64,000 bases of DNA from Tubulanus polymorphus (taxonomy: Eukaryota > Animalia > Nemertea), in contig NC_134036.1 in NCBI RefSeq assembly GCF_964204645.1, forward strand, positions 7,644,846 through 7,708,845, written 5' to 3'. This document shows positions 15,001 to 30,000 of the stretch, in pieces. The notes under the pieces are model-generated. The model worked only from the letters and a program-made list of their open reading frames with translations. It was not told the origin of the DNA and did not search any database. The position numbers and the translations under genes are program-made. Position 1 is the stretch's first letter. Each line of letters starts with the position of its first letter.

Positions 15001-18000
15001 CCCGGTCAGCACTTAGTCGTTTTTCGAACTACCACCGCCGGCACACTGACGAACGGATGGACGACCGACCTACTGCTTCCCTCCCTCCCTCCCTCACTGC
15101 ACCGGGTAGTAACGCTGATCAAGGCCCGGTCAGCACTTAGTCGTTTTTCGAACTACCACCGCCGGCACACTGACGAACGGATGGACGACCGACCTATTGC
15201 CTCCCTCCCTCCCTCACTGCACCGGGTCGTAACGCTGATCAAGGCCCGGTCAGCACTTAGTCGTTTTTCGAACAACCAACTCTGCCGGCACACTGACGAA
15301 CGGACGGACGACCGACCTACTGCCTCCCTCCCTCCCTCACTGCACCGGGTCGTAACGCTTATCAAGGCCCGGTCAGCACTTAGTCGTTTTTCGAACAACC
15401 ACCAGCGGCACACTGGCGAACGGACGGACGACCGACCCACTGCCTCCCTCCCTCCCTCACTGCTCCGGGTCGTAACGCTGATCAAGGCCCGGTCAGCACT
15501 TAGTCGTTTTTCGAACAACCACCGCCGGCACACTGACGACCGGACGGACGACCGACCTACTGCCTCTCTCCCTCCCTCACTGCACCGGGTCGTAACGCTG
15601 ATCTAGGCCCGGTCAGCACTTAGTCGTTTTTCGAACTACCACCGCCGGCACACTGACGAACGGATGGACGACCGACCTACTGCCTCCCTCCCTCCCTTCC
15701 TGACCGGTGCCGGGTCGTAACGCTGTTCATGGCCCGGTCAGCACTTAGTCGTTTTTCGAACAACAACCGCCGACACACTGACTAACGGGCGGACGACTGT
15801 CCTAGTGCCTCCCTCCCTCCCTCACTGCACCGGGTCGTAACGCTGATCATGGCCCGGTCAGCACTTAGTCGTTTTTCGAACAACAACCGCCGACACTCTG
15901 ACTAACGGGCGGACGACTGTCCTAGTGCCACCCTCCCTCCCTCACTGCACCGGGTCGTAACGCTGATCATGGCCCGGTCAGCACTTAGTCGTTTTTCGAA
16001 CAACCACCGCCGGCACACTGACGAACGGATGGACGACCGACCTATTGCCTCCCTCCCTCCCTCCCTCACTGCACCGGGTCGTAACGCTGATCAAGGCCCG
16101 CTCAGCACTTAGTCGTTTTTCGAACAACCACCGCCGGCACACTGACGAACGGATGGACGACCGACCTACTGCCTCCCTCCCTCCCTCCCTCACTGCACCG
16201 GGTCGTAACGCTGATCAAGGCCCGGTCAGCACTTAGTCGTTTTTCGAACTACCACCGCCGGCACACTGACGAACGGATGGACGACCGACCTATTGCCTCC
16301 CTCCCTCCCTCCCTCACTGCACCGGGTCGTAACGCTGATCAAGGCCCGCTCAGCACTTAGTCGTTTTTCGAACAACCACCGCCGGCACACTGACGAACGG
16401 TTGGACGACCGACCTACTGCCTCCCTCCCTCCCTCCCTCACTGCACCGGGTCGTAACGCTGATCAAGGCCCGGTCAGCACTTAGTCGTTTTTCGAACTAC
16501 CACCGCCGGCACACTGACGAACGGATGGACGACCGACCTATTGCCTCCCTCCCTCCCTCCCTCACTGCACCGGGTCGTAACGCTGATCAAGGCCCGGACA
16601 GCACTTAGTCGATTTTCGAACAACCACCAGCGGCACACTGGCGAACGGACGGACGACCGACCTACTGCCTCCCTCCCTCCCTCACTGCTCCGGGTCGTAA
16701 CGCTGATCAAGGCCCGGTCAGCACTTAGTCGTTTTTCGAACAACCACCGCCGGCACACTGACGACCGGACAGACGACCGACCTACTGCCTCTCTCCCTCC
16801 CTCACTGCACCGGGTCGTAACGCTGATCTAGGCCCGGTCAGCACTTAGTCGTTTTTCGAACTATCACCGCCGGCACACTGACGAACGGATGGACGACCGA
16901 CCTACTGCCTCCCTCCCTCCCTTCCTGACCGGTGCCGGGTCGTAACGCTGTTCATGGCCCGGTCAGCACTTAGTCGTTTTTCGAACAACAACCGCCGACA
17001 CACTGACTAACGGGCGGACGACTGTCCTAGTGCCTCCCTCCCTCCCTCACTGCACCGGGTCGTAACGCTGATCATGGCCCGGTCAGCACTTAGTCGTTTT
17101 TCGAACAACCACCGCCGACACACTGACTAACGGGCGGACGACTGTCCTAGTGCCACCCTCCCTCCCTCACTGCACCGGGTCGTAACGCTGATCATGGCCC
17201 GGTCAGCACTTAGTCGTTTTTCGAACAACCACCGCCGGCACACTGACGAACGGATGGACGACCGACCTATTGCCTCCCTCCCTCCCTCCCTCACTGCACC
17301 GGGTCGTAACGCTGATCAAGGCCCGGTCAGCACTTAGTCGTTTTTCGAACAACCACCGCCGGCACACTGACGAACGGATGGACGACCGACCTACTGCCTC
17401 CCTCCCTCCCTCCCTCCCTCCCTCCCTCACTGCACCGGGTCGTAACGCTGATCAAGACCCGGTCAGCACTTAGTCGTTTTTCGAACAACCACCGCCGGCA
17501 CACTGACGAACGGACGGACGACCGACCTACTGCCTGCCTCCCTCCCTCACTGCACCGGGTCGTAACGCTGATCAAGGCCCGGTCAGCACTTAGTCGTTTT
17601 TCGAACTACCACCGCCGGCACACTGACCAACGAACGGACGACCGACCTACTGCCACCCTTCCTCCCTTCCTGACCGGTGCCGGGTCGTAACGCTGTTCAT
17701 GGCCCGGTCAGCACTTAGTCGTTTTTCGAACAACAACCGCCGACACACTGACTAACGGGCGGACGACGGACCTTCTGCCTCCCTCCCTCCCTCCCTCACT
17801 GCACCGGGTCGTAACGCTGATCAAGGCCCGGACAGCACTTAGTCCTTTTTCGAACTACCACCGCCGGCACACTGACGAACGGATGGACGACCGACCTACT
17901 GCCTCCCTCCCTCCCTCCCTGACCAGCGCCGGGTCGTACCGCTGATTAAGGCCCGGTCAGCCCTTAGTCGTTTTTCGAACTACCACCGCCGGCACACTGA

Positions 18001-21000
18001 CGAACGGATGGACGACCGACCTACTGCTTCCCTCCCTCCCTCCCTCACTGCACCGGGTAGTAACGCTGATCAAGGCCCGGTCAGCACTTAGTCGTTTTTC
18101 GAACTACCACCGCCGGCACACTGACGAACGGATGGACGACCGACCTATTGCCTCCCTCCCTCCCTCACTGCACCGGGTCGTAACGCTGATCAAGGCCCGG
18201 TCAGCACTTAGTCGTTTTTCGAACAACCAACTCTGCCGGCACACTGACGAACGGACGGACGACCGACCTACTGCCTCCCTCCCTCCCTCCCTCACTGCAC
18301 CGGGTCGTAACGCTGATCAAGGCCCGGTCAGCACTTAGTCGTTTTTCGAACAACCACCAGCGGCACACTGGCGAACGGACGGACGACCGACCTACTGCCT
18401 CCCTCCCTCCCTCACTGCTCCGGGTCGTAACGCTGATCAAGGCCCGGTCAGCACTTAGTCGTTTTTCGAACAACCACCGCCGGCACACTGACGACCGGAC
18501 GGACGACCGACCTACTGCCTCTCTCCCTCCCTCACTGCACCGGGTCGTAACGCTGATCTAGGCCCGGTCAGCACTTAGTCGTTTTTCGAACTACCACCGC
18601 CGGCACACTGACGAACGGATGGACGACCGACCTACTGCCTCCCTCCCTCCCTTCCTGACCTGTGCCGGGTCGTAACGCTGTTCATGGCCCGGTCAGCACT
18701 TAGTCGTTTTTCGAACAACAACCGCCGACACACTGACTAACGGGCGGACGACTGTCCTAGTGCCTCCCTCCCTCCCTCACTGCACCGGGTCGTAACGCTG
18801 ATCATGGCCCGGTCAGCACTTAGTCGTTTTTCGAACAACAACCGCCGACACACTGACTAACGGGCGGACGACTGTCCTAGTGCCACCCTCCCTCCCTCAC
18901 TGCACCGGGTCGTAACGCTGATCATGGCCCGGTCAGCACTTAGTCGTTTTTCGAACAACCACCGCCGGCACACTGACGAACGGATGGACGACCGACCTAT
19001 TGCCTCCCTCCCTCCCTCCCTCACTGCACCGGGTCGTAACGCTGATCAAGGCCCGCTCAGCACTTAGTCGTTTTTCGAACAACCACCGCCGGCACACCGA
19101 CGAACGGATGGACGACCGACCTACTGCCTCCCTCCCTCCCTCCCTCACTGCACCGGGTCGTAACGCTGATCAAGGCCCGGTCAGCACTTAGTCGTTTTTC
19201 GAACTACCACCGCCGGCACACTGACGAACGGATGGACGACCGACCTATTGCCTCCCTCCCTCCCTCCCTCCCTCACTGCACCGGGTCGTAACGCTGATCA
19301 AGGCCCGGTCAGCACTTAGTCGTTTTTCGAACAACCAACTCTGCCGGCACACTGACGAACGGACGGACGACCGACCTACTGCCTCCCTCCCTCCCTCACT
19401 GCACCGGGTCGTAACGCTGATCAAGGCCCGGTCAGCACTTAGTCGTTTTTCGAACAACCACCAGCGGCACACTGGCGAACGGACGGACGACCGACCTACT
19501 GCCTCCCTCCCTCCCTCACTGCTCCGGGTCGTAACGCTGATCAAGGCCCGGTCAGCACTTAGTCGTTTTTCGAACAACCACCGCCGGCACACTGACGACC
19601 GGACGGACGACCGACCTACTGCCTCTCTCCCTCCCTCACTGCACCGGGTCGTAACGCTGATCTAGGCCCGGTCAGCACTTAGTCGTTTTTCGAACTACCA
19701 CCGCCGGCACACTGACGAACGGATGGACGACCGACCTACTGCCTCCCTCCCTCCCTTCCTGACCGGTGCCGGGTCGTAACGCTGTTCATGGCCCGGTCAG
19801 CACTTAGTCGTTTTTCGAACAACAACCGCCGACACACTGACTAACGGGCGGACGACTGTCCTAGTGCCTCCCTCCCTCCCTCACTGCACCGGGTCGTAAC
19901 GCTGATCATGGCCCGGTCAGCACTTAGTCGTTTTTCGAACAACAACCGCCGACACACTGACTAACGGGCGGACGACTGTCCTAGTGCCACCCTCCCTCCC
20001 TCACTGCACCGGGTCGTAACGCTGATCAAGGCCCGGTCAGCACTTAGTCGTTTTTCGAACAACCACCAGCGGCACACTGGCGAACGGACGGACGACCGAC
20101 CTACTGCCTCCCTCCCTCCCTCACTGCTCCGGGTCGTAACGCTGATCAAGGCCCGGTCAGCACTTAGTCGTTTTTCGAACAACCACCGCCGGCACACTGA
20201 CGAACGGATGGACGACCGACCTACTGCCTCCCTCCCTCCCTTCCTGACCGGTGCCGGGTCGTAACGCTGTTCATTGCCCGGTCAGCACTTAGTCGTTTTT
20301 CGAACAACAACCGCCGACACACTGACTAACGGGCGGACGACTGTCCTAGTGCCTCCCTCCCTCCCTCACTGCACCGGGTCGTAACGCTGATCATGGCCCG
20401 GTCAGCACTTAGTCGTTTTTCGAACAACAACCGCCGACACACTGACTAACGGGCGGACGACTGTCCTAGTGCCACCCTCCCTCCCTCACTGCACCGGGTC
20501 GTAACGCTGATCATGGCCCGGTCAGCACTTAGTCGTTTTTCGAACAACCACCGCCGGCACACTGACGAACGGATGGACGACCGACCTATTGCCTCCCTCC
20601 CTCCCTCCCTCACTGCACCGGGTCGTAACGCTGATCAAGGCCCGCTCAGCACTTAGTCGTTTTTCGAACAACCACCGCCGGCACACTGACGAACGGATGG
20701 ACGACCGACCTACTGCCTCCCTCCCTCCCTCCCTCACTGCACCGGGTCGTAACGCTGATCAAGGCCCGGTCAGCACTTAGTCGTTTTTCGAACTACCACC
20801 GCCGGCACACTGACGAACGGATGGACGACCGACCTATTGCCTCCCTCCCTCCCTCCCTCACTGCACCGGGTCGTAACGCTGATCAAGGCCCGGTCAGCAC
20901 TTAGTCGTTTTTCGAACAACCAACTCTGCCGGCACACTGACGAACGGACGGACGACCGACCTACTGCCTCCCTCCCTCCCTCACTGCACCGGGTCGTAAC

Positions 21001-24000
21001 GCTGATCAAGGCCCGGTCAGCACTTAGTCGTTTTTCGAACAACCACCAGCGGCACACTGGCGAACGGACGGACGACCGACCTACTGCCTCCCTCCCTCCC
21101 TCACTGCTCCGGGTCGTAACGCTGATCAAGGCCCGGTCAGCACTTAGTCGTTTTTCGAACAACCACCGCCGGCACACTGACGACCGGACGGACGACCGAC
21201 CTACTGCCTCTCTCCCTCCCTCACTGCACCGGGTCGTAACGCTGATCTAGGCCCGGTCAGCACTTAGTCGTTTTTCGAACTACCATCGCCGGCACACTGA
21301 CGAACGGATGGACGACCGACCTACTGCCTCCCTCCCTCCCTTCCTGACCGGTGCCGGGTCGTAACGCTGTTCATGGCCCGGTCAGCACTTAGTCGTTTTT
21401 CGAACAACAACCGCCGACACACTGACTAACGGGCGGACGACTGTCCTAGTGCCTCCCTCCCTCCCTCACTGCACCGGGTCGTAACGCTGATCATGGCCCG
21501 GTCAGCACTTAGTCGTTTTTCGAACAACAACCGCCGACACACTGACTAACGGGCGGACGACTGTCCTAGTGCCACCCTCCCTCCCTCACTGCACCGGGTC
21601 GTAACGCTGATCATGGCCCGGTCAGCACTTAGTCGTTTTTCGAACAACCACCGCCGGCACACTGACGAACGGATGGACGACCGACCTATTGCCTCCCTCC
21701 CTCCCTCCCTCACTGCACCGGGTCGTAACGCTGATCAAGGCCCGCTCAGCACTTAGTCGTTTTTCGAACAACCACCGCCGGCACACTGACGAACGGATGG
21801 ACGACCGACCTAATGCCTCCCTCCCTCCCTCCCTCACTGCACCGGGTCGTAACGCTGATCAAGACCCGGTCAGCACTTAGTCGTTTTTCGAACAACCACC
21901 GCCGGCACACTGACGAACGGACGGACGACCGACCTACTGCCTCCCTCCCTCCCTCACTGCACCGGGTCGTAACGCTGATCAAGGCCCGGTCAGCACTTAG
22001 TCGTTTTTCGAACTACCACCGCCGGCACACTGACGAACGAACGGACGACCGACCTACTGCCACCCTCCCTCCCTTCTTGACCGGTGCCAGGTCGTAACGC
22101 TGTTCATGGCCCGGTCAGCACTTAGTCGTTTTTCGAACAACAACCGCCGACACACTGACTAACGGGCGGACGACTGTCCTAGTGCCTCCCTCCCTCCCTC
22201 ACTGCACCGGGTCGTAACGCTGATCAAGGCCCGGTCAGCACTTAGTCGTTTTTCGAACTACCACCGCCGGCACACTGACGAACGAACGGACGACCGACCT
22301 ACTGCCACCCTCCCTCCCTTCCTGACCGGTGCCGGGTCGTAACGCTGTTCATGGCCCGGTCAGCACTTAGTCGTTTTTCGATCAGCAACCGACGACACAC
22401 TGACTAACGGGCGGACGACGGACCTTCTGCCTCCCTCCCTCCCTCCCTCACTGCACCGGGTCGTAACGCTGATCAAGTCCCGGTCAGCACTTAGTCGTTT
22501 TTCGAACTACCACCGCCGGCACACTGACGAACGGATGGACGACCGACCTACTGCCTCCCTCCCTCCCTCAATGCTCCGGGTCGTAACGCTGATCAAGGCC
22601 CGGTCAGCACATAGTCGTTTTTCGAACAACCACCGCCGGCACACTGGCGAACGGACGGACGACCGACCTACTGCCTCCCTCCCTCCCTCACTGCTCCGGG
22701 TCGTAACGCTGATCAAGGCCCGGTCAGCACTTAGTCGTTTTTCGAAAAACCACCGCCGGCACACTGACGAACGGACGGACGACCGACCTACTGCCTCCCT
22801 CCCTCCCTCCCTGACCGGTGCCGGGTCGTAACGCTGATTAAGGCCCGGTCAGCACTTAGTCGTTTTTCGAACAACCACCGCCGGCACAATGACGAACGGA
22901 CGGACGACCGACCTACTGCCTCCCTCCCTCCCTCCCTGACCGGTGCCGGGTCGTAACGCTGTTCATGGCCCGGTCAGCACTTAGTCGTTTTTCGAACAAC
23001 AACCGCCGACACACTGACTAACGGGCGGACGACTGTCCTAGTGCCTCCCTCCCTCCCTCACTGCACCGGGTCGTAACGCTGATCAAGGCCCGGTCAGCAC
23101 TTAGTCGTTTTTCGAACTACCACCGCCGGCACACTGACGAACGGATGGACGACCGACCTACTGCCTCCCTCCCTCCCTCCCTCACTGCACCGGGTCGTAA
23201 CGCTGATCAAGGCCCGCTCAGCACTTAGTCGTTTTTCGAACTACCACCACCGGCACACTGACGAACGGACGGACGACCGACCTACTGCCTCCCTCCCTCC
23301 CTCACTGCACCGGGTCGTAACGCTGATCAAGGCCCGGTCAGCACTTAGTCGTTTTTCGAACAACCACCAGCGGCACACTGGCGAACGGACGGACGACCGA
23401 CCTACTGCCTCCCTCCCTCCCTCACTGCTCCGGGTCGTAACGCTGATCAAGGCCCGGTCAGCACTTAGTCGTTTTTCGAACAACCACCGCCGGCACACTG
23501 ACGACCGGACGGACGACCGACCTACTGCCTCTCTCCCTCCCTCACTGCACCGGGTCGTAACGCTGATCTAGGCCCGGTCAGCACTTAGTCGTTTTTCGAA
23601 CTACCACCGCCGGCACACTGACGAACGGATGGACGACCGACCTACTGCCTCCCTCCCTCCCTTCCTGACCGGTGCCGGGTCGTAACGCTGATCATGGCCC
23701 GGTCAGCACTTAGTCGTTTTTCGAACAACCACCGCCGGCACACTGACGAACGGACGGACGACCGACCTACTGCCTCCCTCCCTCCCTCACTGCACCGGGT
23801 CGTAACGCTGATCAAGGCCCGGTCAGCACTTAGTCGTTTTTCGAACTACCACCGCCGGCACACTGACCAACGAACGGACGACCGACCTACTGCCACCCTT
23901 CCTCCCTTCCTGACCGGTGCCGGGTCGTAACGCTGTTCATGGCCCGGTCAGCACTTAGTCGTTTTTCGAACAACAACCGCCGACACACTGACTAACGGGC

Positions 24001-27000
24001 GGACGACGGACCTTCTGCCTCCCTCCCTCCCTCCCTCACTGCACCGGGTCGTAACGCTGATCAAGGCCCGGACAGCACTTAGTCCTTTTTCGAACTACCA
24101 CCGCCGGCACACTGACGAACGGATGGACGACCGACCTACTGCCTCCCTCCCTCCCTCCCTGACCAGCGCCGGGTCGTACCGCTGATTAAGGCCCGGTCAG
24201 CCCTTAGTCGTTTTTCGAACTACCACCGCCGGCACACTGACGAACGGATGGACGACCGACCTACTGCTTCCCTCCCTCCCTCCCTCACTGCACCGGGTAG
24301 TAACGCTGATCAAGGCCCGGTCAGCACTTAGTCGTTTTTCGAACTACCACCGCCGGCACACTGACGAACGGATGGACGACCGACCTATTGCCTCCCTCCC
24401 TCCCTCACTGCACCGGGTCGTAACGCTGATCAAGGCCCGGTCAGCACTTAGTCGTTTTTCGAACAACCAACTCTGCCGGCACACTGACGAACGGACGGAC
24501 GACCGACCTACTGCCTCCCTCCCTCCCTCACTGCACCGGGTCGTAACGCTGATCAAGGCCCGGTCAGCACTTAGTCGTTTTTCGAACAACCACCAGCGGC
24601 ACACTGGCGAACGGACGGACGACCGACCTACTGCCTCCCTCCCTCCCTCACTGCTCCGGGTCGTAACGCTGATCAAGGCCCGGTCAGCACTTAGTCGTTT
24701 TTCGAACAACCACCGCCGGCACACTGACGACCGGACGGACGACCGACCTACTGCCTCTCTCCCTCCCTCACTGCACCGGGTCGTAACGCTGATCTAGGCC
24801 CGGTCAGCACTTAGTCGTTTTTTCGAACTACCACCGCCGGCACACTGACGAACGGATGGACGACCGACCTACTGCCTCCCTCCCTCCCTTCCTGACCGGT
24901 GCCGGGTCGTAACGCTGTTCATGGCCCGGTCAGCACTTAGTCGTTTTTCGAACAACAACCGCCGACACACTGACTAACGGGCGGACGACTGTCCTAGTGC
25001 CTCCCTCCCTCCCTCACTGCACCGGGTCGTAACGCTGATCATGGCCCGGTCAGCACTTAGTCGTTTTTCGAACAACAACCGCCGACACACTGACTAACGG
25101 GCGGACGACTGTCCTAGTGCCACCCTCCCTCCCTCACTGCACCGGGTCGTAACGCTGATCAAGGTCCGGTCAGCACTTAGTCGTTTTTCGAACAACCACC
25201 AGCGGCACACTGGCGAACGGACGGACGACCGACCTACTGCCTCCCTCCTTCCCTCACTGCCTCCGGGTCGTAACGCTGATCAAGGCCCGGTCAGCACTTA
25301 GTCGTTCTTCGAACAACCACCGCCGGCACACTGACGAACGGATGGACGACCGACCTACTGCCTCCCTCCCTCCCTTCCTGACCGGTGCCGGGTCGTAACG
25401 CTGTTCATTGCCCGGTCAGCACTTAGTCGTTTTTCGAACAACAACCGCCGACACACTGACTAACGGGCGGACGACTGTCCTAGTGCCTCCCTCCCTCCCT
25501 CACTGCACCGGGTCGTAACGCTGATCATGGCCCGGTCAGCACTTAGTCGTTTTTTCGAACAACAACCGCCGACACACTGACTAACGGGCGGACGACTGTC
25601 CTAGTGCCACCCTCCCTCCCTCACTGCACCGGGTCGTAACGCTGATCATGGCCCGGTCAGCACTTAGTCGTTTTTCGAACAACCACCGCCGGCACACTGA
25701 CGAACGGATGGACGACCGACCTATTGCCTCCCTCCCTCCCTCCCTCACTGCACCGGGTCGTAACGCTGATCAAGGCCCGCTCAGCACTTAGTCGTTTTTC
25801 GAACAACCACCGCCGGCACACTGACGAACGGATGGACGACCGACCTACTGCCTCCCTCCCTCCCTCCCTCACTGCACCGGGTCGTAACGCTGATCAAGGC
25901 CCGGTCAGCACTTAGTCGTTTTTCGAACTACCACCGCCGGCACACTGACGAACGGATGGACGACCGACCTATTGCCTCCCTCCCTCCCTCCCTCACTGCA
26001 CCGGGTCGTAACGCTGATCAAGGCCCGGTCAGCACTTAGTCGTTTTTCGAACAACCAACTCTGCCGGCACACTGACGAACGGACGGACGACCGACCTACT
26101 GCCTCCCTCCCTCCCTCACTGCACCGGGTCGTAACGCTGATCAAGGCCCGGTCAGCACTTAGTCGTTTTTCGAACAACCACCAGCGGCACACTGGCGAAC
26201 GGACGGACGACCGACCTACTGCCTCCCTCCCTCCCTCACTGCTCCGGGTCGTAACGCTGATCAAGGCCCGGTCAGCACTTAGTCGTTTTTCGAACAACCA
26301 CCGCCGGCACACTGACGACCGGACGGACGACCGACCTACTGCCTCTCTCCCTCCCTCACTGCACCGGGTCGTAACGCTGATCTAGGCCCGGTCAGCACTT
26401 AGTCGTTTTTCGAACTACCATCGCCGGCACACTGACGAACGGATGGACGACCGACCTACTGCCTCCCTCCCTCCCTTCCTGACCGGTGCCGGGTCGTAAC
26501 GCTGTTCATGGCCCGGTCAGCACTTAGTCGTTTTTCGAACAACAACCGCCGACACACTGACTAACGGGCGGACGACTGTCCTAGTGCCTCCCTCCCTCCC
26601 TCACTGCACCGGGTCGTAACGCTGATCATGGCCCGGTCAGCACTTAGTCGTTTTTCGAACAACAACCGCCGACACACTGACTAACGGGCGGACGACTGTC
26701 CTAGTGCCACCCTCCCTCCCTCACTGCACCGGGTCGTAACGCTGATCATGGCCCGGTCAGCACTTAGTCGTTTTTCGAACAACCACCGCCGGCACACTGA
26801 CGAACGGATGGACGACCGACCTATTGCCTCCCTCCCTCCCTCCCTCACTGCACCGGGTCGTAACGCTGATCAAGGCCCGCTCAGCACTTAGTCGTTTTTC
26901 GAACAACCACCGCCGGCACACTGACGAACGGATGGACGACCGACCTAATGCCTCCCTCCCTCCCTCCCTCACTGCACCGGGTCGTAACGCTGATCAAGAC

Positions 27001-30000
27001 CCGGTCAGCACTTAGTCGTTTTTCGAACAACCACCGCCGGCACACTGACGAACGGACGGACGACCGACCTACTGCCTCCCTCCCTCCCTCACTGCACCGG
27101 GTCGTAACGCTGATCAAGGCCCGGTCAGCACTTAGTCGTTTTTCGAACTACCACCGCCGGCACACTGACGAACGAACGGACGACCGACCTACTGCCACCC
27201 TCCCTCCCTTCTTGACCGGTGGCAGGTCGTAACGCTGTTCATGGCCCGGTCAGCACTTAGTCGTTTTTCGAACAACAACCGCCGACACACTGACTAACGG
27301 GCGGACGACTGTCCTAGTGCCTCCCTCCCTCCCTCACTGCACCGGGTCGTAACGCTGATCAAGGCCCGGTCAGCACTTAGTCGTTTTTCGAACTACCACC
27401 GCCGGCACACTGACGAACGAACGGACGACCGACCTACTGCCACCCTCCCTCCCTTCCTGACCGGTGCCGGGTCGTAACGCTGTTCATGGCCCGGTCAGCA
27501 CTTAGTCGTTTTTCGATCAGCAACCGCCGACACACTGACTAACGGGCGGACGACGGACCTTCTGCCTCCCTCCCTCCCTCCCTCACTGCACCGGGTCGTA
27601 ACGCTGATCAAGTCCCGGTCAGCACTTAGTCGTTTTTCGAACTACCACCGCCGGCACACTGACGAACGGATGGACGACCGACCTACTGCCTCCCTCCCTC
27701 CCTCAATGCTCCGGGTCGTAACGCTGATCAAGGCCCGGTCCGCACATAGTCGTTTTTCGAACAACCACCGCCGGCACACTGGCGAACGGACGGACGACCG
27801 ACCTACTGCCTCCCTCCCTCCCTCACTGCTCCGGGTCGTAACGCTGATCAAGGCCCGGTCAGCACTTAGTCGTTTTTCGAAAAACCACCGCCGGCACACT
27901 GACGAACGGACGGACGACCGACCTACTGCCTCCCTCCCTCCCTCCCTGACCGGTGCCGGGTCGTAACGCTGATTAAGGCCCGGTCAGCACTTAGTCGTTT
28001 TTCGAACAACCACCGCCGGCACAATGACGAACGGACGGACGACCGACCTACTGCCTCCCTCCCTCCCTCCCTGACCGGTGCCGGGTCGTAACGCTGTTCA
28101 TGGCCCGGTCAGCACTTAGTCGTTTTTCGAACAACAACCGCCGACACACTGACTAACGGGCGGACGACTGTCCTAGTGCCTCCCTCCCTCCCTCACTGCA
28201 CCGGGTCGTAACGCTGATCAAGGCCCGGTCAGCACTTAGTCGTTTTTCGAACTACCACCGCCGGCACACTGACGAACGGATGGACGACCGACCTACTGCC
28301 TCCCTCCCTCCCTCCCTCACTGCACCGGGTCGTAACGCTGATCAAGGCCCGCTCAGCACTTAGTCGTTTTTCGAACTACCACCACCGGCACACTGACGAA
28401 CGGACGGACGACCGACCTACTGCCTCCCTCCCTCCCTCCCTCACTGCACCGGGTCGTAACGCTGATCAAGGCCCGGTCAGCACTTAGTCGTTTTTCGAAC
28501 AACCACCGCCGGCACACTGACGAACGGACGGACGACCGACCTACTGCCTCCCTCCCTCCCTCCCTCCCTGACCGGTGCCGGGTCGTAACGCTGATCAAGG
28601 CCCGGTCAGCACTTAGTCGTTTTTCGAACAACCACCGCCCGCACACTGACGAACGAACGGACGACCGACCTACTGCCACCCTCCCTCCCTTCCTGACCGG
28701 TGCCGGGTCGTAACGCTGTTCATGGCCCGGTCAGCACTTAGTCGTTTTTCGAACAACAACCGCCGACACACTGATTAACGGGCGGACGACTGTCCTAGTG
28801 CCTCCCTCACTGCACCGGGTCGTAACGCTGATCATGGCCCGGTCAGCACTTAGTCGTTTTCCGAACAACCACCAGCGGCACACTGGCGAACGGACGGACG
28901 ACCGACCTACTGCCTCCCTCCCTCCCTCCCTCACTGCACCGGGTCGTAACGCTGATCAAGGCCCGGTCAGCACTTAGTCGTTTTTCGAACTACCACCACC
29001 GGCACACTGACGAACGGATGGACGACCGACCTACTGCCTCCCTCCCTCCATCCCTCCCTCACTGCACCGGGTCGTAACGCTGATCAAGGCCCGGTCAGCA
29101 CTTAGTCGTTTTTCGAACTACCACCGCCGGCACACTGACGAACGAACGGACGACCGACCTACTGCCACCCTCCCTCCCTTCCTGACCGGTGCCGGGTCGT
29201 AACGCTGTTCATGGCCCGGTCAGCACTTAGTCGTTTTTCGAACAACAACCGCCGACACACTGACTAACGGGCGGACGACGGACCTACTGCCTCCCTCCCT
29301 CCCTCCCTAACTGCACCGGGTCGTAACGCTGATCAAGGCCCGGTCAGCACTTAGTCGTTTTTCGAACAACCACCGCCGGCACACTGACGAACGGACGGAC
29401 GACCGACCTACTGCCTCCCTCCCTCCCTCCCTGACCGGTGCCGGGTCGTAACGCTGATCAAGGCCCGGTCAGCACTTAGTCGTTTTTCGAACAACCACCG
29501 CCGGCACACTGACGAACGAACGGACGACCGACCTACTGCCACCCTCCCTCCCTTCCTGACCGGTGCCGGGTCGTAACGCTGTTCATGGCCCGGTCAGCAC
29601 TTAGTCGTTTTTCGAACAACAACCGCCGACACACTGACTAACGGGCGGACGACTGTCCTAGTGCCTCCCTCCCTCCCTCACTGCACCGGGTCGTAACGCT
29701 GATCATGGCCCGGTCAGCACTTAGTCGTTTTTCGAACAACCACCGCCGGCACACTGACGAACGGACGGACAGACCGACCCTACTGCCTCCCTCCCTCCCT
29801 CCCTCCCTCCCTCCCTCCCTCCCTCCCTCCCTCCCTCCCTCCCTCCCTCCCTCCCTCCCTCCCTCCCTCCCTCCCCCTCCCTCCCTCCCTCCCTCCCTCC
29901 CTCCCTCCCTCCCTCCTCCCTCCCTCCCTCCCTCCCTCCCTCCCTCCCTCCCTCCCTCCCTCCCTCCCTCCCTCCCTCCCTCCCTCCCTCCCTCCCTCCC

